A stretch of DNA of 64,000 nt. Origin: Candidatus Latescibacterota bacterium. Its GTDB lineage: Bacteria; Latescibacterota; UBA2968; UBA8231. Shown piece after piece: positions 9,009 to 18,865 of this stretch. Every line of letters begins with the position of its first letter. The stretch's first letter is position 1. The translations under genes were made by a program, and so were the position numbers. The stretch spans positions 4,672,001 to 4,736,000 of the forward strand of contig CBDCDC010000002.1 in NCBI GenBank assembly GCA_965215195.1, read 5' to 3'. Below the pieces are notes generated by a model that was given only the letters and a program-made list of their open reading frames with translations, searched no databases and had not been told where the DNA came from.

Positions 9009-10037
9009 ATGAATTTACATAACGAGAGCAATTCTTATTACCAACTCTGGAAAATTAGCGTTGGTGCTGAAGCCCAAGATGTACTGGCTTGTGCCCTTGA
9101 ACTGGGGCTATTCACTCGACTAGCTGACGGTTCCAAGACCATTGCCGAGATCGCCGAACAGATGGGTATCCAGCTACGGCCTGCCGAGGTTCTCGCTGTA
9201 ACCTGTGCAGCAATAGGCGTATTAAAAAAAGATGGGGCTCGCTATGCAAATGTTAGTGCCATGGAGGAATTTCTCGTGGAGGGCAAAGCACTCTACAATC
9301 AATATACTGCTTTTGGGCGAGCTGGTTATGTCGATCCTGAGCGCGGCGCTAAGATCAAAGAAGCCATTCTCACAGATAGACCCCAAAAAGGAGCTGGCTG
9401 GCTGGACACCGCAACGGGTAAGAACCGCCCCTCTATGGCCTTTTATCCCAAACGCCATCATCTGCGCATCATCTGGGGCGACTGTGTGGCGCAAGCGTTC
9501 GATTTTTCTACGTACAGAAAGATAGTCGATCTCGGTGGAGCCACAGGAGGGCATTTAGTGGGCATCGCGAGACGCTACCCCCACTTAGAAGCTATCATCT
9601 TCGACTTGGAATATAATCGTCAGGGGGCAGAAGAAGGTCTTGCTCAGACGGATTCTTCGGGAAAAATCGCATTCCAAACAGGTAATTTCTTTGCAGACAC
9701 CTATCCCCCAAAGACCGATGTATTTTTTATGTCGCATGTTCTACACGACTGGGGACGCGATCGCTGTATGTGTATTCTGCAGCGATGCTATGAAGCTCTA
9801 CCTGAAGGTGGTGTAGCTATTGCAACGGAGTTTCTCCTCAATGAAGAGAAGACGGGTCCTCTGCTAGCCGCATTCCAGGGACTACATGTTTTTTACAACA
9901 ACATTGAGGCCAAACAGTGGACTGGCTCCGAGATTCAACAAATGATGTCAGAAGCAGGTTTTCAAGACCTGGAGATCCGCCCTATAGATCCTGAACAGAG
10001 TATTGTTATCGGATGGAAGAGGGGATGCAGTCCATAA
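9009..10037 (+). CDS. O-methyltransferase (dimerisation domain plus Methyltransf_2)
   Basis: ELGLFTRL N-terminal HTH, VDLGGATG, GNFF, SHVLHDW; lower GC than its neighbours. Confidence 0.88.
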   Translation: MNLHNESNSYYQLWKISVGAEAQDVLACALELGLFTRLADGSKTIAEIAEQMGIQLRPAEVLAVTCAAIGVLKKDGARYANVSAMEEFLVEGKALYNQYTAFGRAGYVDPERGAKIKEAILTDRPQKGAGWLDTATGKNRPSMAFYPKRHHLRIIWGDCVAQAFDFSTYRKIVDLGGATGGHLVGIARRYPHLEAIIFDLEYNRQGAEEGLAQTDSSGKIAFQTGNFFADTYPPKTDVFFMSHVLHDWGRDRCMCILQRCYEALPEGGVAIATEFLLNEEKTGPLLAAFQGLHVFYNNIEAKQWTGSEIQQMMSEAGFQDLEIRPIDPEQSIVIGWKRGCSP

Positions 10038-10041
10038 CGCA

Positions 10042-10093
10042 ATGACACAGGACATAAGAATCTGCTTTATTGGCGATTCATTGGTTAATGGTA
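10042..10093 (+). pseudogene. 5' remnant of a GDSL/SGNH hydrolase gene, interrupted by the IS
   Basis: MTQDIRICFIGDSLVNG; after removing the IS only T-stop follows, directly abutting the convergent gene. Confidence 0.7.
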
Positions 10094-11164
10094 TAGGACT
10101 TACGCAGTTGGATAGTTTAGGATAAGATAAAGGCTATTCCCCCTCCACCGCGAGCCCGTCCGATGAACCCAGCCAAGTGTGCCGACCACGACTACATCCA
10201 CTTCCTGATCGCCGCTCAGAGTGTCTTCAGTTGTACCGAGGCCGCCCGCTGTCATCCGGAGGATGGCCCTCCTGTGTCCCATGACGCTTTCACGCGCCTG
10301 CTGACAAGACAGCCTCCCGATACCGAGGCGTTGTGGCAAGAGACCCAAGGGCTGGTTCGCCTCCAAGGCGGCGTGTTAGTGCTGGACGATTCCACCTTGG
10401 ACAAGCCCTATGCCAAGCGGATCGAACTGGTGACGCGCCATTGGAGTGGCACCCATCACCGGGTAGTCTGGGGCATCAACCTTATAAGTATGGTCTGGTC
10501 GGACGGCCATGCTTGCATTCCCTGCGACTTCCGCGTCTATGACAAGCCTATCGGGGGCCACAATAAGAACGAGCACTTCCGGGCGATGCTGGCCAGCGCC
10601 CAAGCGCGCGGCTTTCAGCCGGCGTGCGTGGTGTTCGATAGCTGGTATGCGTCCCTGGACAACCTCAAGCGGATTCGCTCCTACGAGTGGGCTTGGCTGA
10701 CGCGCCTCAAGGCCAACCGACAGGTCAACCCGGAGGGGAGCGGCAACGTGGCGATCCGCTCGGTGGCTATCGGACCGGAGGGCCGGCGGGTACATCTCAA
10801 AGGCTATGGGTTCATCAAGGTATTTCGGACGGTCTCGGCAAACGGAGACGCGCACTACTGGGCAACCAACGACCTAGAGATGGCAGTCAGCCGGTTTGAG
10901 GCATGGTCCAAGCGGGCGTGGTCCATTGAGACGTATCACCGAGGCCTCAAGCAGTGCTGCGGCGTTGAGCAGGCGCAGGTTCGGTCGGCCCGGGCGCAGA
11001 GAAATCATATCGCGTTGTCGATCCGCGCCTTCGTGCGGTTGGAGGTGCATAGACTCCAAACCGGCGTTAGTTGGTATGAAGCCAAAAGGGACATCATCCG
11101 ACAGGCCGTCCAGCGGTATCTGCAACGACCATTGCACAGGCTCAGTTCAACTGCGTAAGTCCTA
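10094..11164 (+). mobile_element. IS701-family insertion sequence (1071 bp)
   Basis: Perfect 17-bp TIR TAGGACTTACGCAGTTG / CAACTGCGTAAGTCCTA; 5-bp TSD TGGTA (10089-10093 and 11165-11169); single DDE transposase. Confidence 0.93.
10163..11158 (+). CDS. IS701-family DDE transposase
   Basis: SHDAFTRLL, LVLDDSTLDKPY, FDSWYAS, WSIETYHRGLKQCCG; the stop codon lies within the right TIR. Confidence 0.93.
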   Translation: MNPAKCADHDYIHFLIAAQSVFSCTEAARCHPEDGPPVSHDAFTRLLTRQPPDTEALWQETQGLVRLQGGVLVLDDSTLDKPYAKRIELVTRHWSGTHHRVVWGINLISMVWSDGHACIPCDFRVYDKPIGGHNKNEHFRAMLASAQARGFQPACVVFDSWYASLDNLKRIRSYEWAWLTRLKANRQVNPEGSGNVAIRSVAIGPEGRRVHLKGYGFIKVFRTVSANGDAHYWATNDLEMAVSRFEAWSKRAWSIETYHRGLKQCCGVEQAQVRSARAQRNHIALSIRAFVRLEVHRLQTGVSWYEAKRDIIRQAVQRYLQRPLHRLSSTA

Positions 11165-11170
11165 TGGTAC

Positions 11171-12334
11171 TTAATCGATCCCCAGCGCTTGGTCAATCTC
11201 GGCTTGGTAGCCCTCCAAGTCGCCGCGCTCGATCTCGGCCAAGCTCACCGGCCGGTTAAACCACTCCGACTCAAAGATCGCCATGCAAATCGCCTGCGAG
11301 CGATAGCCGTTTAGGCCGTCCACTTCGGGCGCACCCTGTCCTCGCACCGCATCGGCGAAATCCTTCAACTCGGTTGCGATGGGATTTTCCACTCCTCTGG
11401 GGAACAGCCGCTCGCGCTCGTCTTCTGCGAGGCTGCTTTGATGCGCCTCGACCAAGGCCTCGTTAGACGTGTTCTCACCGGCGCGCGTCCACAGCCCGCT
11501 CTCCCAGTCGATGCAGCCTTCGCTGCCGTAGAGGACGCGCTTGCTGAAGTCCTGTCCCGGGGCTGAACCTTGCCAAGTCCACTGCACCACCGCACCGCCA
11601 TCAAAGTCAATCAGCGCCATCGCGCAGTCCTCCACATCCACTGGCCAAGCCCCCTCGCGCTCGACTGGCTCGTCGTAGCGATACGGCTCAAAGCCATGTA
11701 CCCGCGCCACTACCTGCCGCGCCTCAGCCCCCAAGTGATAGCGGAACAAATCGGCAAAATGCACGCCCCCGTCGAGTATCCAGCCAGCCCCGGCATCGCG
11801 CTTGAAGTTGCGCCAGCCCCACTTGCCCAACCGCAAGCCCGCTTCCTGCCAATAGAAGGTGCGCGGTCGGCCAATCCGCCCGCTGGCCACGGCCCAAGCT
11901 CTGGCCCGCTCCTGCGGCGAGCGGCGGTAGTTTTCCGCTACCGCGAGCTGACAGCGGTTATCCACGGCGGCATTGAGTATTTTGCGGCCGGCGCGCAGGG
12001 TAATTGCCAGCGGCTTTTCGATTATCACGTGCTTGCCCGCCTCCAAGCAGGCCACGGCGAGGATGTGATGTTGCGAGTGCAAGGCGCAGATGTCCACCGC
12101 GTCGAGATCTTCCATGTGCGCGAGCATCCTCTGCACGTCGGTATAGATGGCCGGCTTGTGCGCTTGGAACTCGGCGATTTCTTTGGCCCGCTGTTGCGCC
12201 TGCGCCTCCACCAAGTCGCAACAGGCCACCACCTGAATGTCGTCAATCCCGGCCTGCGCCAATTCCTGCAAGCCGCGCACGTGCGCCCCGGCCATGCCTC
12301 CACAGCCCACGAGGGCCAACTGCAACTGTTCCAT
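11171..12334 (-). CDS. Gfo/Idh/MocA oxidoreductase
   Basis: GCGGMA, GKHVIIEKPLA, DGGVHFAD. Confidence 0.9.
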   Translation of the reverse strand: MEQLQLALVGCGGMAGAHVRGLQELAQAGIDDIQVVACCDLVEAQAQQRAKEIAEFQAHKPAIYTDVQRMLAHMEDLDAVDICALHSQHHILAVACLEAGKHVIIEKPLAITLRAGRKILNAAVDNRCQLAVAENYRRSPQERARAWAVASGRIGRPRTFYWQEAGLRLGKWGWRNFKRDAGAGWILDGGVHFADLFRYHLGAEARQVVARVHGFEPYRYDEPVEREGAWPVDVEDCAMALIDFDGGAVVQWTWQGSAPGQDFSKRVLYGSEGCIDWESGLWTRAGENTSNEALVEAHQSSLAEDERERLFPRGVENPIATELKDFADAVRGQGAPEVDGLNGYRSQAICMAIFESEWFNRPVSLAEIERGDLEGYQAEIDQALGID

Positions 12335-14235
12335 TATGCGGTTCTCCTAGTTGGAATAATCGGCAACACCACGTGCGAGGCCTGCGCCGCATTGTGGTGA
12401 ATTCTGTTGTCTGCTCCCTGGCGTCGTCGCTCCTGTCCGATGGGGTCGCCGGTGTTGGGATTGACGTCAAAGCGGGGAAAGTTCGAGCTGGAAATGTCGA
12501 GGCGGATCTGATGCCCGGCGGCAAACACATTGCTCGTCGGGTAGAGGGTAATCGTCAGTTTGGCGACCTCGCCCGGCGCTAGCAACTCGCCTCTTTCGCG
12601 CCCGTTGCGGTAGCGCAAGCGCGCGATGCTATCGCTCAGGTTGAGCGCGTAGCCATGCGGATACCAGCGACTCGGTGGATAGCAGTCGATCAGCTTGGCG
12701 GTAAAATCCGTATCCGGCACTGACGACGAGACCCACAACCGCACCTCAATCGGCCCGCTTACCTCCACGTCCTCGGCCAGCAGCTCAGTGGTAAAGACCA
12801 ACACATCCGGCCGCGAGCCTAGCGGTAGATAGGGCGGCGCACAGCCGTAAAACTCCGGCCCTTCCACCTGATCGAACCCGCCCGGCACCATCAATTGCTG
12901 CACCCGCGCCCGCCACGGCGCATTGGCCGCAGTGCCCACGCCCTGTGGCAGCGGGCCGATCGCGGAAAGCGACGAGACATTGCCGCCAATGGAGGGGACC
13001 GGATTGGCCGGATCGAAGCGATAGACCGTATCGCCGCCGTCCGCGGCCGGCCGTTCCTTCGACAAGGTTCCGTCGCCGTGCAGATAGTACTGGGTATAGC
13101 GCGTCCGCGCCAACGGCCACTCGGCCTCGTCGCGCCAATGCCCGCCGTGGAAAAGCCGGCCGCTACTAGTGCGATAGCCCCCGCCGCCACCCATGGCGAA
13201 GATCCGCACGGGCGGCGCGCTCGCCTCGCCGTTATCGACTCCCTTGAGTGCCCAGTCGAAGTAGCGCAGATGCAGGTCGCGGAAGTCGTCCAGCGCCGCG
13301 TCCGCGCCAAACTCCACATCGCCGGCAAAGCTCTGCTCCAGCGTTTGCGTCCCGTGCGTCCACGGCCCCATGAGCATCCGCACCGGCCCCTGCTTGCGCC
13401 CTGCCAGCCCCGCGTAATTTTTGCACGTTGAGCGCGTGTACGAATCGTACCAGCCCCCAATGAGCAAAATCGGCACGTCCGGGAAGTCGTTCCAAAAGAG
13501 CACCGGCGCGTAGCTGGGGTGCTGCCAGTACTCGTCGTAGTCGGCCTTAGTCAGCAAGTCCAGTGCCCACTTCTGGTAGGGCGGCACCAACTTGAGCTGG
13601 GTCTGTCCCTTGCGGATCGGCATCCGCGTAAGCCAGTCGGCAAAGGTCGGCGCACCTATGTTTAGGGCCGCATCAACCGCTGGGTCGGCTTTTAGTGTGC
13701 GCTGCGTGTTGGCCGCTGAATGCCAAAACGCCCACGCCAAAAACCGCAGCTCCAGTGCGCCTCCGTGCCGCACTGAAGACTCGTGCGCGTCGGCCCCACT
13801 CATGTTGACCACCATGGCCTTGAGATTTGTCGGCCCCAACGCCGCCATTGCCGTCTGCGTCCAGCCGGACCACGAGGTCCCCCACGACCCCACCTTGCCG
13901 TTGCTCCACGGCTGCTGGTCGATCCACTGCAAGGCGTCGTACCCGTCTTCGGCTTCGGGCAAGAGGAAGTTCACATCCCCCGCGGACTGGAAGGTTCCCC
14001 GGCAGTCCTGATAGACGGCCACGTACCCGCGCTGGGCGAAAAACCGGCCATAGTTACCATTGCGCTCCACGTCGCTTTTGTCGTAGGGCGTGCGGTGAAA
14101 AATTGCGGGAAATTTTCCGGGCACCGGCTGCCCAGCGCGGCCGGGGAAATACAAGTCGGTCGCTAAGCGGACGCCATCCCGCATTGCTACCATCACGTCT
14201 TTTTCCACTACCACGTCGTAACAATCGTTGGCCAT
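12334..14235 (-). CDS. CocE/NonD family serine hydrolase
   Basis: MRDGVRLATD, RTPY, QDCRG, GTSWSG nucleophile, GPWTHG, ISSSNFPRFDVN. Confidence 0.93.
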   Translation of the reverse strand: MANDCYDVVVEKDVMVAMRDGVRLATDLYFPGRAGQPVPGKFPAIFHRTPYDKSDVERNGNYGRFFAQRGYVAVYQDCRGTFQSAGDVNFLLPEAEDGYDALQWIDQQPWSNGKVGSWGTSWSGWTQTAMAALGPTNLKAMVVNMSGADAHESSVRHGGALELRFLAWAFWHSAANTQRTLKADPAVDAALNIGAPTFADWLTRMPIRKGQTQLKLVPPYQKWALDLLTKADYDEYWQHPSYAPVLFWNDFPDVPILLIGGWYDSYTRSTCKNYAGLAGRKQGPVRMLMGPWTHGTQTLEQSFAGDVEFGADAALDDFRDLHLRYFDWALKGVDNGEASAPPVRIFAMGGGGGYRTSSGRLFHGGHWRDEAEWPLARTRYTQYYLHGDGTLSKERPAADGGDTVYRFDPANPVPSIGGNVSSLSAIGPLPQGVGTAANAPWRARVQQLMVPGGFDQVEGPEFYGCAPPYLPLGSRPDVLVFTTELLAEDVEVSGPIEVRLWVSSSVPDTDFTAKLIDCYPPSRWYPHGYALNLSDSIARLRYRNGRERGELLAPGEVAKLTITLYPTSNVFAAGHQIRLDISSSNFPRFDVNPNTGDPIGQERRRQGADNRIHHNAAQASHVVLPIIPTRRTA

Positions 14236-14329
14236 GAGGCGATCTCCTGCTGTTTGTTGCCACCGTGAATGAGCGAATAAAACGAAACTTTATCGCGTGG
14301 TGCCGCAATTAAGCCCGCGTCCCTCTAAA

Positions 14330-16486
14330 TTATCCTCTGTCGGTCAAATAGTTGGCCATCTCTGCAAAAAGGACCAACTGCTCAGAGGGGTCTTGTGTAT
14401 ATAGAACCGCTCCTTGGGCTTTAATCACATCGGCTACGTAGTCGTCAATACGTCTTTCAATAGCGGAAAGGAATGTCTCTTCCTCGTCCAGGTTCCCTAG
14501 GCGGTGGGCTTCGCACAGGAAGCGTCCCATGAGAATCACCTTCGCATCTCCGAGTGAGACGGATATATTAGCCGATTTGAGGGCGCGAATCTGGTCCTCT
14601 GCACTGCGGAGAACGCGAGTAGTATTGGCGACGCGGTGGGCAGCACCGTTCTCTTCCTTGCCACAGATGAGTATTAGGTCCAAATGTATCGGCGTCCTAG
14701 CCTGTTTCAGAGGCGTGGAAACGGACATCTCAGCCTTAATCGGATAAGCCTGTTTGCACACAAATCCGGCATGTCGGATAGCTCTGTGGACACAGGTCCA
14801 CCCTTCGTGCCGAGCATGGTGATAGGAGAATACGAGAAGCCCGCTATGCTTGAGAACGCGGTGGCATTCGGCGAATACGGATGTCAGCTTGTTGGCGAAG
14901 AGAACAGAACTCGTATCTTGGACTTCGTCTTTTCGTCTCGTCGTTTTGGCTTTGGAATAGTCCAAAATCTGGTTCAGCCAGTAAAAGAAAAAATCGGCGA
15001 GCTGGGAGTAGTGAACATTGTCGAAGAATGGGGGATCCGTTACAACGACGTCCACACTGCGGTCTGGAATACTAGTGCGACTTGAATTGCCTTGAGTGAG
15101 GTAAACCGCGTCGTTTCCGTTCTCGGACGAGGCAAACTCGTTGGACACTGGAACGGCGAGCGGCCGATTAATTCCTCCAACTTTAGTGCTCTTTCCCGGT
15201 GTCATGTAGAGCTCGGTTGGATCAGCTTTGTAGGCCAGCGCATTTAGGATGCGAGAGCGGAACAAGGTGGAAAACGATCCAGACGACTTACTCGTACCCC
15301 AGACATTTGCTTCAATCGGCATTGCTTCGGGCTTGAGGACATGGTGTGAAAACATGTGCCGCACGGCTCCTGTTCCCTCTCCCTTGAAAGATGCAAATAG
15401 GTTGTTGAACTCGAGCACTCCAGAGAACAGACAGGCAAAGAGGAGTCTGTGATCGGCGTGGTCAATCTGACGAATAGCCTCTTGAAGGTGGTGAATGCAA
15501 ACGAGCTGCCTAGCGGAAAACAGCTCGTGCCAGAAGCGGTAGTTGTGCTTCAAAATCTGGTTTGTATTGTAACCCGGCGCGATTTCAATCTGAGGGAAGG
15601 AGGAGCGGATAGAAGTAAACTCTTGTGCGATGCGTTCTGCAAGGGCGTCATCAAAAGCATTCGTAGAAGCGTATCGTTTTTGCCCATCCGCGGTGAGAAT
15701 CATCTTGGCGTAGCGGCGATAACCAAGAGGACCCGGCATTGATTTCATCCGCTCGACAAGGCGGAATGTATGGCCGCATGTATAGCATTCGACTTTCGCT
15801 CCTTTTATATTGCCCTGTTGTGGGTTGTACGTCGTACCACAATCTGAGCACTGCGCGGAATCGGCATCGTAGAGCGTCGCATTGACAGCACCGCAACTAG
15901 GACAGAGTGCGCGGGCACTGGCGTCTTTGCGCGGCATGGCGTTCTTTGAGAAAATGCGAGACTTGAAGAGATCGATCTGTTTACTGCATTGTGGACACGA
16001 GACAACCTTGACGAGAAAGTAGTACAGTACGGTTGCCCGGCTGCCCTCTTCTGTACGCGTCTCGAAGTAGTTCAATAGTTTGGGACCGACCGTGCGCTCG
16101 AGGAGTTGGTATGTAGCGATGACTGCGGGCGGATCGTACTTAGTGAAGGCAGCGCGACATGCGAGATACGCGACTGGATTGATATCCTGGCCTAAAGCGG
16201 TACAACCAAGCTTAATCGCTTCTCCTATGGTAACTCCGCTTCCCATGAAAGGGTCAAAAATTACAGTTTCAGCAAAATCGTTCCTCCCGTAAAAGCGCTT
16301 CCAGAAGTCCTCTCCGTCGTCGAGACACGCGCCCAGCAAAATACCCCTAAAAACAGAACCCAACCTACGCGCCCACCATTTGTGGATGTAATAGACTGGA
16401 CGGTGGACTTCTTTTCTCCACGATTCGGCTTCTGCGATTGCAGAGAGACGGGCATAGGGAAAATTTTTCTCTATGAGACGTGGCAT
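14330..16486 (-). CDS. DUF1156-type amino-(N6A/N4C) DNA methyltransferase with Zn-ribbon insert
   Basis: HKWWARRLGSVFR, FDPFMGSG motif I, TDPPF motif IV, four CxxC pairs; lower-GC segment. Confidence 0.85.
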   Translation of the reverse strand: MPRLIEKNFPYARLSAIAEAESWRKEVHRPVYYIHKWWARRLGSVFRGILLGACLDDGEDFWKRFYGRNDFAETVIFDPFMGSGVTIGEAIKLGCTALGQDINPVAYLACRAAFTKYDPPAVIATYQLLERTVGPKLLNYFETRTEEGSRATVLYYFLVKVVSCPQCSKQIDLFKSRIFSKNAMPRKDASARALCPSCGAVNATLYDADSAQCSDCGTTYNPQQGNIKGAKVECYTCGHTFRLVERMKSMPGPLGYRRYAKMILTADGQKRYASTNAFDDALAERIAQEFTSIRSSFPQIEIAPGYNTNQILKHNYRFWHELFSARQLVCIHHLQEAIRQIDHADHRLLFACLFSGVLEFNNLFASFKGEGTGAVRHMFSHHVLKPEAMPIEANVWGTSKSSGSFSTLFRSRILNALAYKADPTELYMTPGKSTKVGGINRPLAVPVSNEFASSENGNDAVYLTQGNSSRTSIPDRSVDVVVTDPPFFDNVHYSQLADFFFYWLNQILDYSKAKTTRRKDEVQDTSSVLFANKLTSVFAECHRVLKHSGLLVFSYHHARHEGWTCVHRAIRHAGFVCKQAYPIKAEMSVSTPLKQARTPIHLDLILICGKEENGAAHRVANTTRVLRSAEDQIRALKSANISVSLGDAKVILMGRFLCEAHRLGNLDEEETFLSAIERRIDDYVADVIKAQGAVLYTQDPSEQLVLFAEMANYLTDRG

Positions 16487-16755
16487 TTTCTATTTCGGTA
16501 GATATGGCATGGCTACTGTGCGCCTTTTTGGCTTGCGTTCTTTGCACACTCTGAAAATGTCTTGACGTACTGGGAGTTTTTCCAATGGAAAAGGTCCCCT
16601 CCCTGCGCTCGTACCTTCTATCACAATATAGTGAAAGGAATTTTGATACTTATCGTCGCGAATAATTAAGTCCGTCCAGGGTACCCATCGTGCAGCAAAG
16701 GATGCCAGTTCATGCTGTTTGACAATAAGAGGGGGACTGCCTCCGTCTCACCGCC

Positions 16756-17850
16756 CTACTCCGTCGGCACCAGCCGCAAAATCCGCCCCGGGTCTTCCAC
16801 CGCGAGATAGATCGCGCCGTCCGGCCCGGTCTGCACGTCGCGCATCCGCGACTGGCCGCGATAGACGATCTCCTCGTGTACCACTTCTGTGCCCGCCAAT
16901 CGCAGCCGGTGCAGGCGGTTGAAGCGCAGCGAGGTAGCCAGCAGGTCGTTTTGCCACTTGCCGAAGCACTCGCCGGTGTAAAAGTCAATGCCGCAGACCG
17001 CTATCGACGGCACCCAATAGGTCTGTGGCTGCTCCATGCCCTCGGCGTGGGTTTGGTCGGCAATGACCGGCCAGCCGTAGTTTAGGCCGCGGCGCACGTG
17101 GTTGAGTTCGTCTCCGCCCTTGGGGTCGTGCTCGGCCGCCCACAATTGGCCAGTCTCCGGGTGCAGGGCCATTCCCTGTGGGTTGCGGTGGCCGTAGGAC
17201 CAGATTGACGCAATGGCTCCGTCGTCCCCGACAAAAGGGTTGTCGGCCGGTACGCCGCCGCTGTCGTGTAAGCGGTGGATCTTGCCGTTGGGCAGCTTCA
17301 CGTTCTGAGCGAGGGGCCGCTGACCGCGGTCGCCGATCGCAAAGTACAGGTAGCCCTCGCGGTCGAAGACGATGCGCGAGCCGTAGTGGTGGGAGTGCCG
17401 AGTGTAGAATTGGTCCGGGACGCGATAAACCACTTCCACATCGACCAACCCCTCCTCTTGCAGACGCCCACGACTAATGGCCGTATAGCTCAACATGCCG
17501 CCCAAAGGCCCGGGCAGCGGATCCGAATAACTGAGGTAAATCCAGCCGGTCTCCGCGTACTGGGGGTGCAAGGCCACGTCCATCAGCCCGCCCTGTCCCT
17601 TGGCGCGCACCTTGGGCACGCCGGCGATAGCCGGCGAAACTGCGCCGCCTGTGCCGACGATGCGCAGCCGCCCTTCGCGCTCGGTGACCAACAAGCGCCC
17701 ATCGGGCAGAAAAGCGAGCCCCCACGGTACGCCCAAGCCGGTGGCGAAAGTCTCGACGCGAAAGGTGTATTCCTCGGATTGGACGATCTGTTGGGCCGCG
17801 GCTTTTCCTGTGGCAGTGAGGATGCAAACTAGATAGACGCTGTACTGCAT
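16756..17850 (-). CDS. PQQ-dependent sugar dehydrogenase (GSDH/YliI-like)
   Basis: PWGLAFLPDG, GQGGLMDV, HYGSRIVF, SYGHRNPQG, NYGWP; N-terminal signal peptide. Confidence 0.9.
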   Translation of the reverse strand: MQYSVYLVCILTATGKAAAQQIVQSEEYTFRVETFATGLGVPWGLAFLPDGRLLVTEREGRLRIVGTGGAVSPAIAGVPKVRAKGQGGLMDVALHPQYAETGWIYLSYSDPLPGPLGGMLSYTAISRGRLQEEGLVDVEVVYRVPDQFYTRHSHHYGSRIVFDREGYLYFAIGDRGQRPLAQNVKLPNGKIHRLHDSGGVPADNPFVGDDGAIASIWSYGHRNPQGMALHPETGQLWAAEHDPKGGDELNHVRRGLNYGWPVIADQTHAEGMEQPQTYWVPSIAVCGIDFYTGECFGKWQNDLLATSLRFNRLHRLRLAGTEVVHEEIVYRGQSRMRDVQTGPDGAIYLAVEDPGRILRLVPTE

Positions 17851-17938
17851 GTTTTTTCTTCAGTAATACCCTCGCCGGCTGGGCCTAGGCTTTGCAGTCG
17901 ATGAGGACGCGCTGGTGCGGATGGCCCTCCCCTTGGCA

Positions 17939-18850
17939 CTAGGGTCGGTACGGCTCGCCCGTGCGCCGCAGCTTCTTGGTCACCGCGATCTGACAGGTCG
18001 CGTACCCGCCCATGTAGCCGGTGGCAAAGCCCGGGCGCGCGTCCCCAATGGTGCCGACGATCATGTTGGCGTATTCGTACGTGGTGTCGTAGCGGTCGCA
18101 AAGGAGGGCCACCATTTCGAGCCACGCCGCTTTGAGCGCATCGCCCCACTCGGCTGCGCGCGCACTGGTGAGGTATTCCTCGGCGTCTTCTACGACGCAG
18201 GTGGTCTCGACCACCGGGCTGCTGTTGGGAAACCCGGGCGAGCGATCCACCTTGAGGGTGATGGCCGAGTCGATCTCGACCCCGGCCCCGGTCAACTCGC
18301 CATCGCCCATGCGCGCGTGGACATCGCCCAGCGAGAGCAGACCCCCGGGCTTTTGTGCGCGGATGTGGACGGTGCTGCCGGGCTGGATGGCGTTGAAGTC
18401 CATGTTGCCGCCGTGATCTATGGCGTTGGGTGCCCACGATTCGAGCTGGACGACGCCGATCATGGGCCGCACTGGCACGACAAAATCCGGCGGAAAGTGA
18501 ATCAGCCCGTCGCGCACCGGTGCCACGCAGCGCCAATTGCCCCAATTGGGGCCGCCGTTGCGATAGAAGCCATAGGGGCCGACCTCGATAGCCGCGATCT
18601 CCATGGCCACCCAATCGTCCGGCTCAATGCCCTCGATGAGAAAGGGGCCGCCGGGGCGGGCGTAGCGGCGATGGCTCTCGCCGGAAGTGATCATGCCGGC
18701 GCGGGTCTCCCCGGCCGCTTCAAAGTCGTTGTCCGCTCCGCCAATGGTCTCGATAACGACGGTTTCTCCGAGCGCCAAAGTGCCGCGCACTTGGCCGATT
18801 TCCGGGTCGTCCGGCCCGCTGTAATGGGGGGTGCGGGTAAAGCGACGCAT
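17939..18850 (-). CDS. Acetamidase/formamidase family protein
   Basis: GPFLIEGIEPDD, PMIGVV, HGGNMD, LGDVHARMGDGE. Confidence 0.88.
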   Translation of the reverse strand: MRRFTRTPHYSGPDDPEIGQVRGTLALGETVVIETIGGADNDFEAAGETRAGMITSGESHRRYARPGGPFLIEGIEPDDWVAMEIAAIEVGPYGFYRNGGPNWGNWRCVAPVRDGLIHFPPDFVVPVRPMIGVVQLESWAPNAIDHGGNMDFNAIQPGSTVHIRAQKPGGLLSLGDVHARMGDGELTGAGVEIDSAITLKVDRSPGFPNSSPVVETTCVVEDAEEYLTSARAAEWGDALKAAWLEMVALLCDRYDTTYEYANMIVGTIGDARPGFATGYMGGYATCQIAVTKKLRRTGEPYRP

Positions 18851-18865
18851 ACGCGTTCTCCTTTG

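Noticed and set aside
16728-16756. GAGGGGGACTGCCTCCGTCTCACCGCC resembles a tRNA-Ser 3' end (possible att scar) at the methylase island edge
   Set aside because: It lacks the TTCGA T-loop and CCA, and there is no cognate tRNA or integrase in the window.
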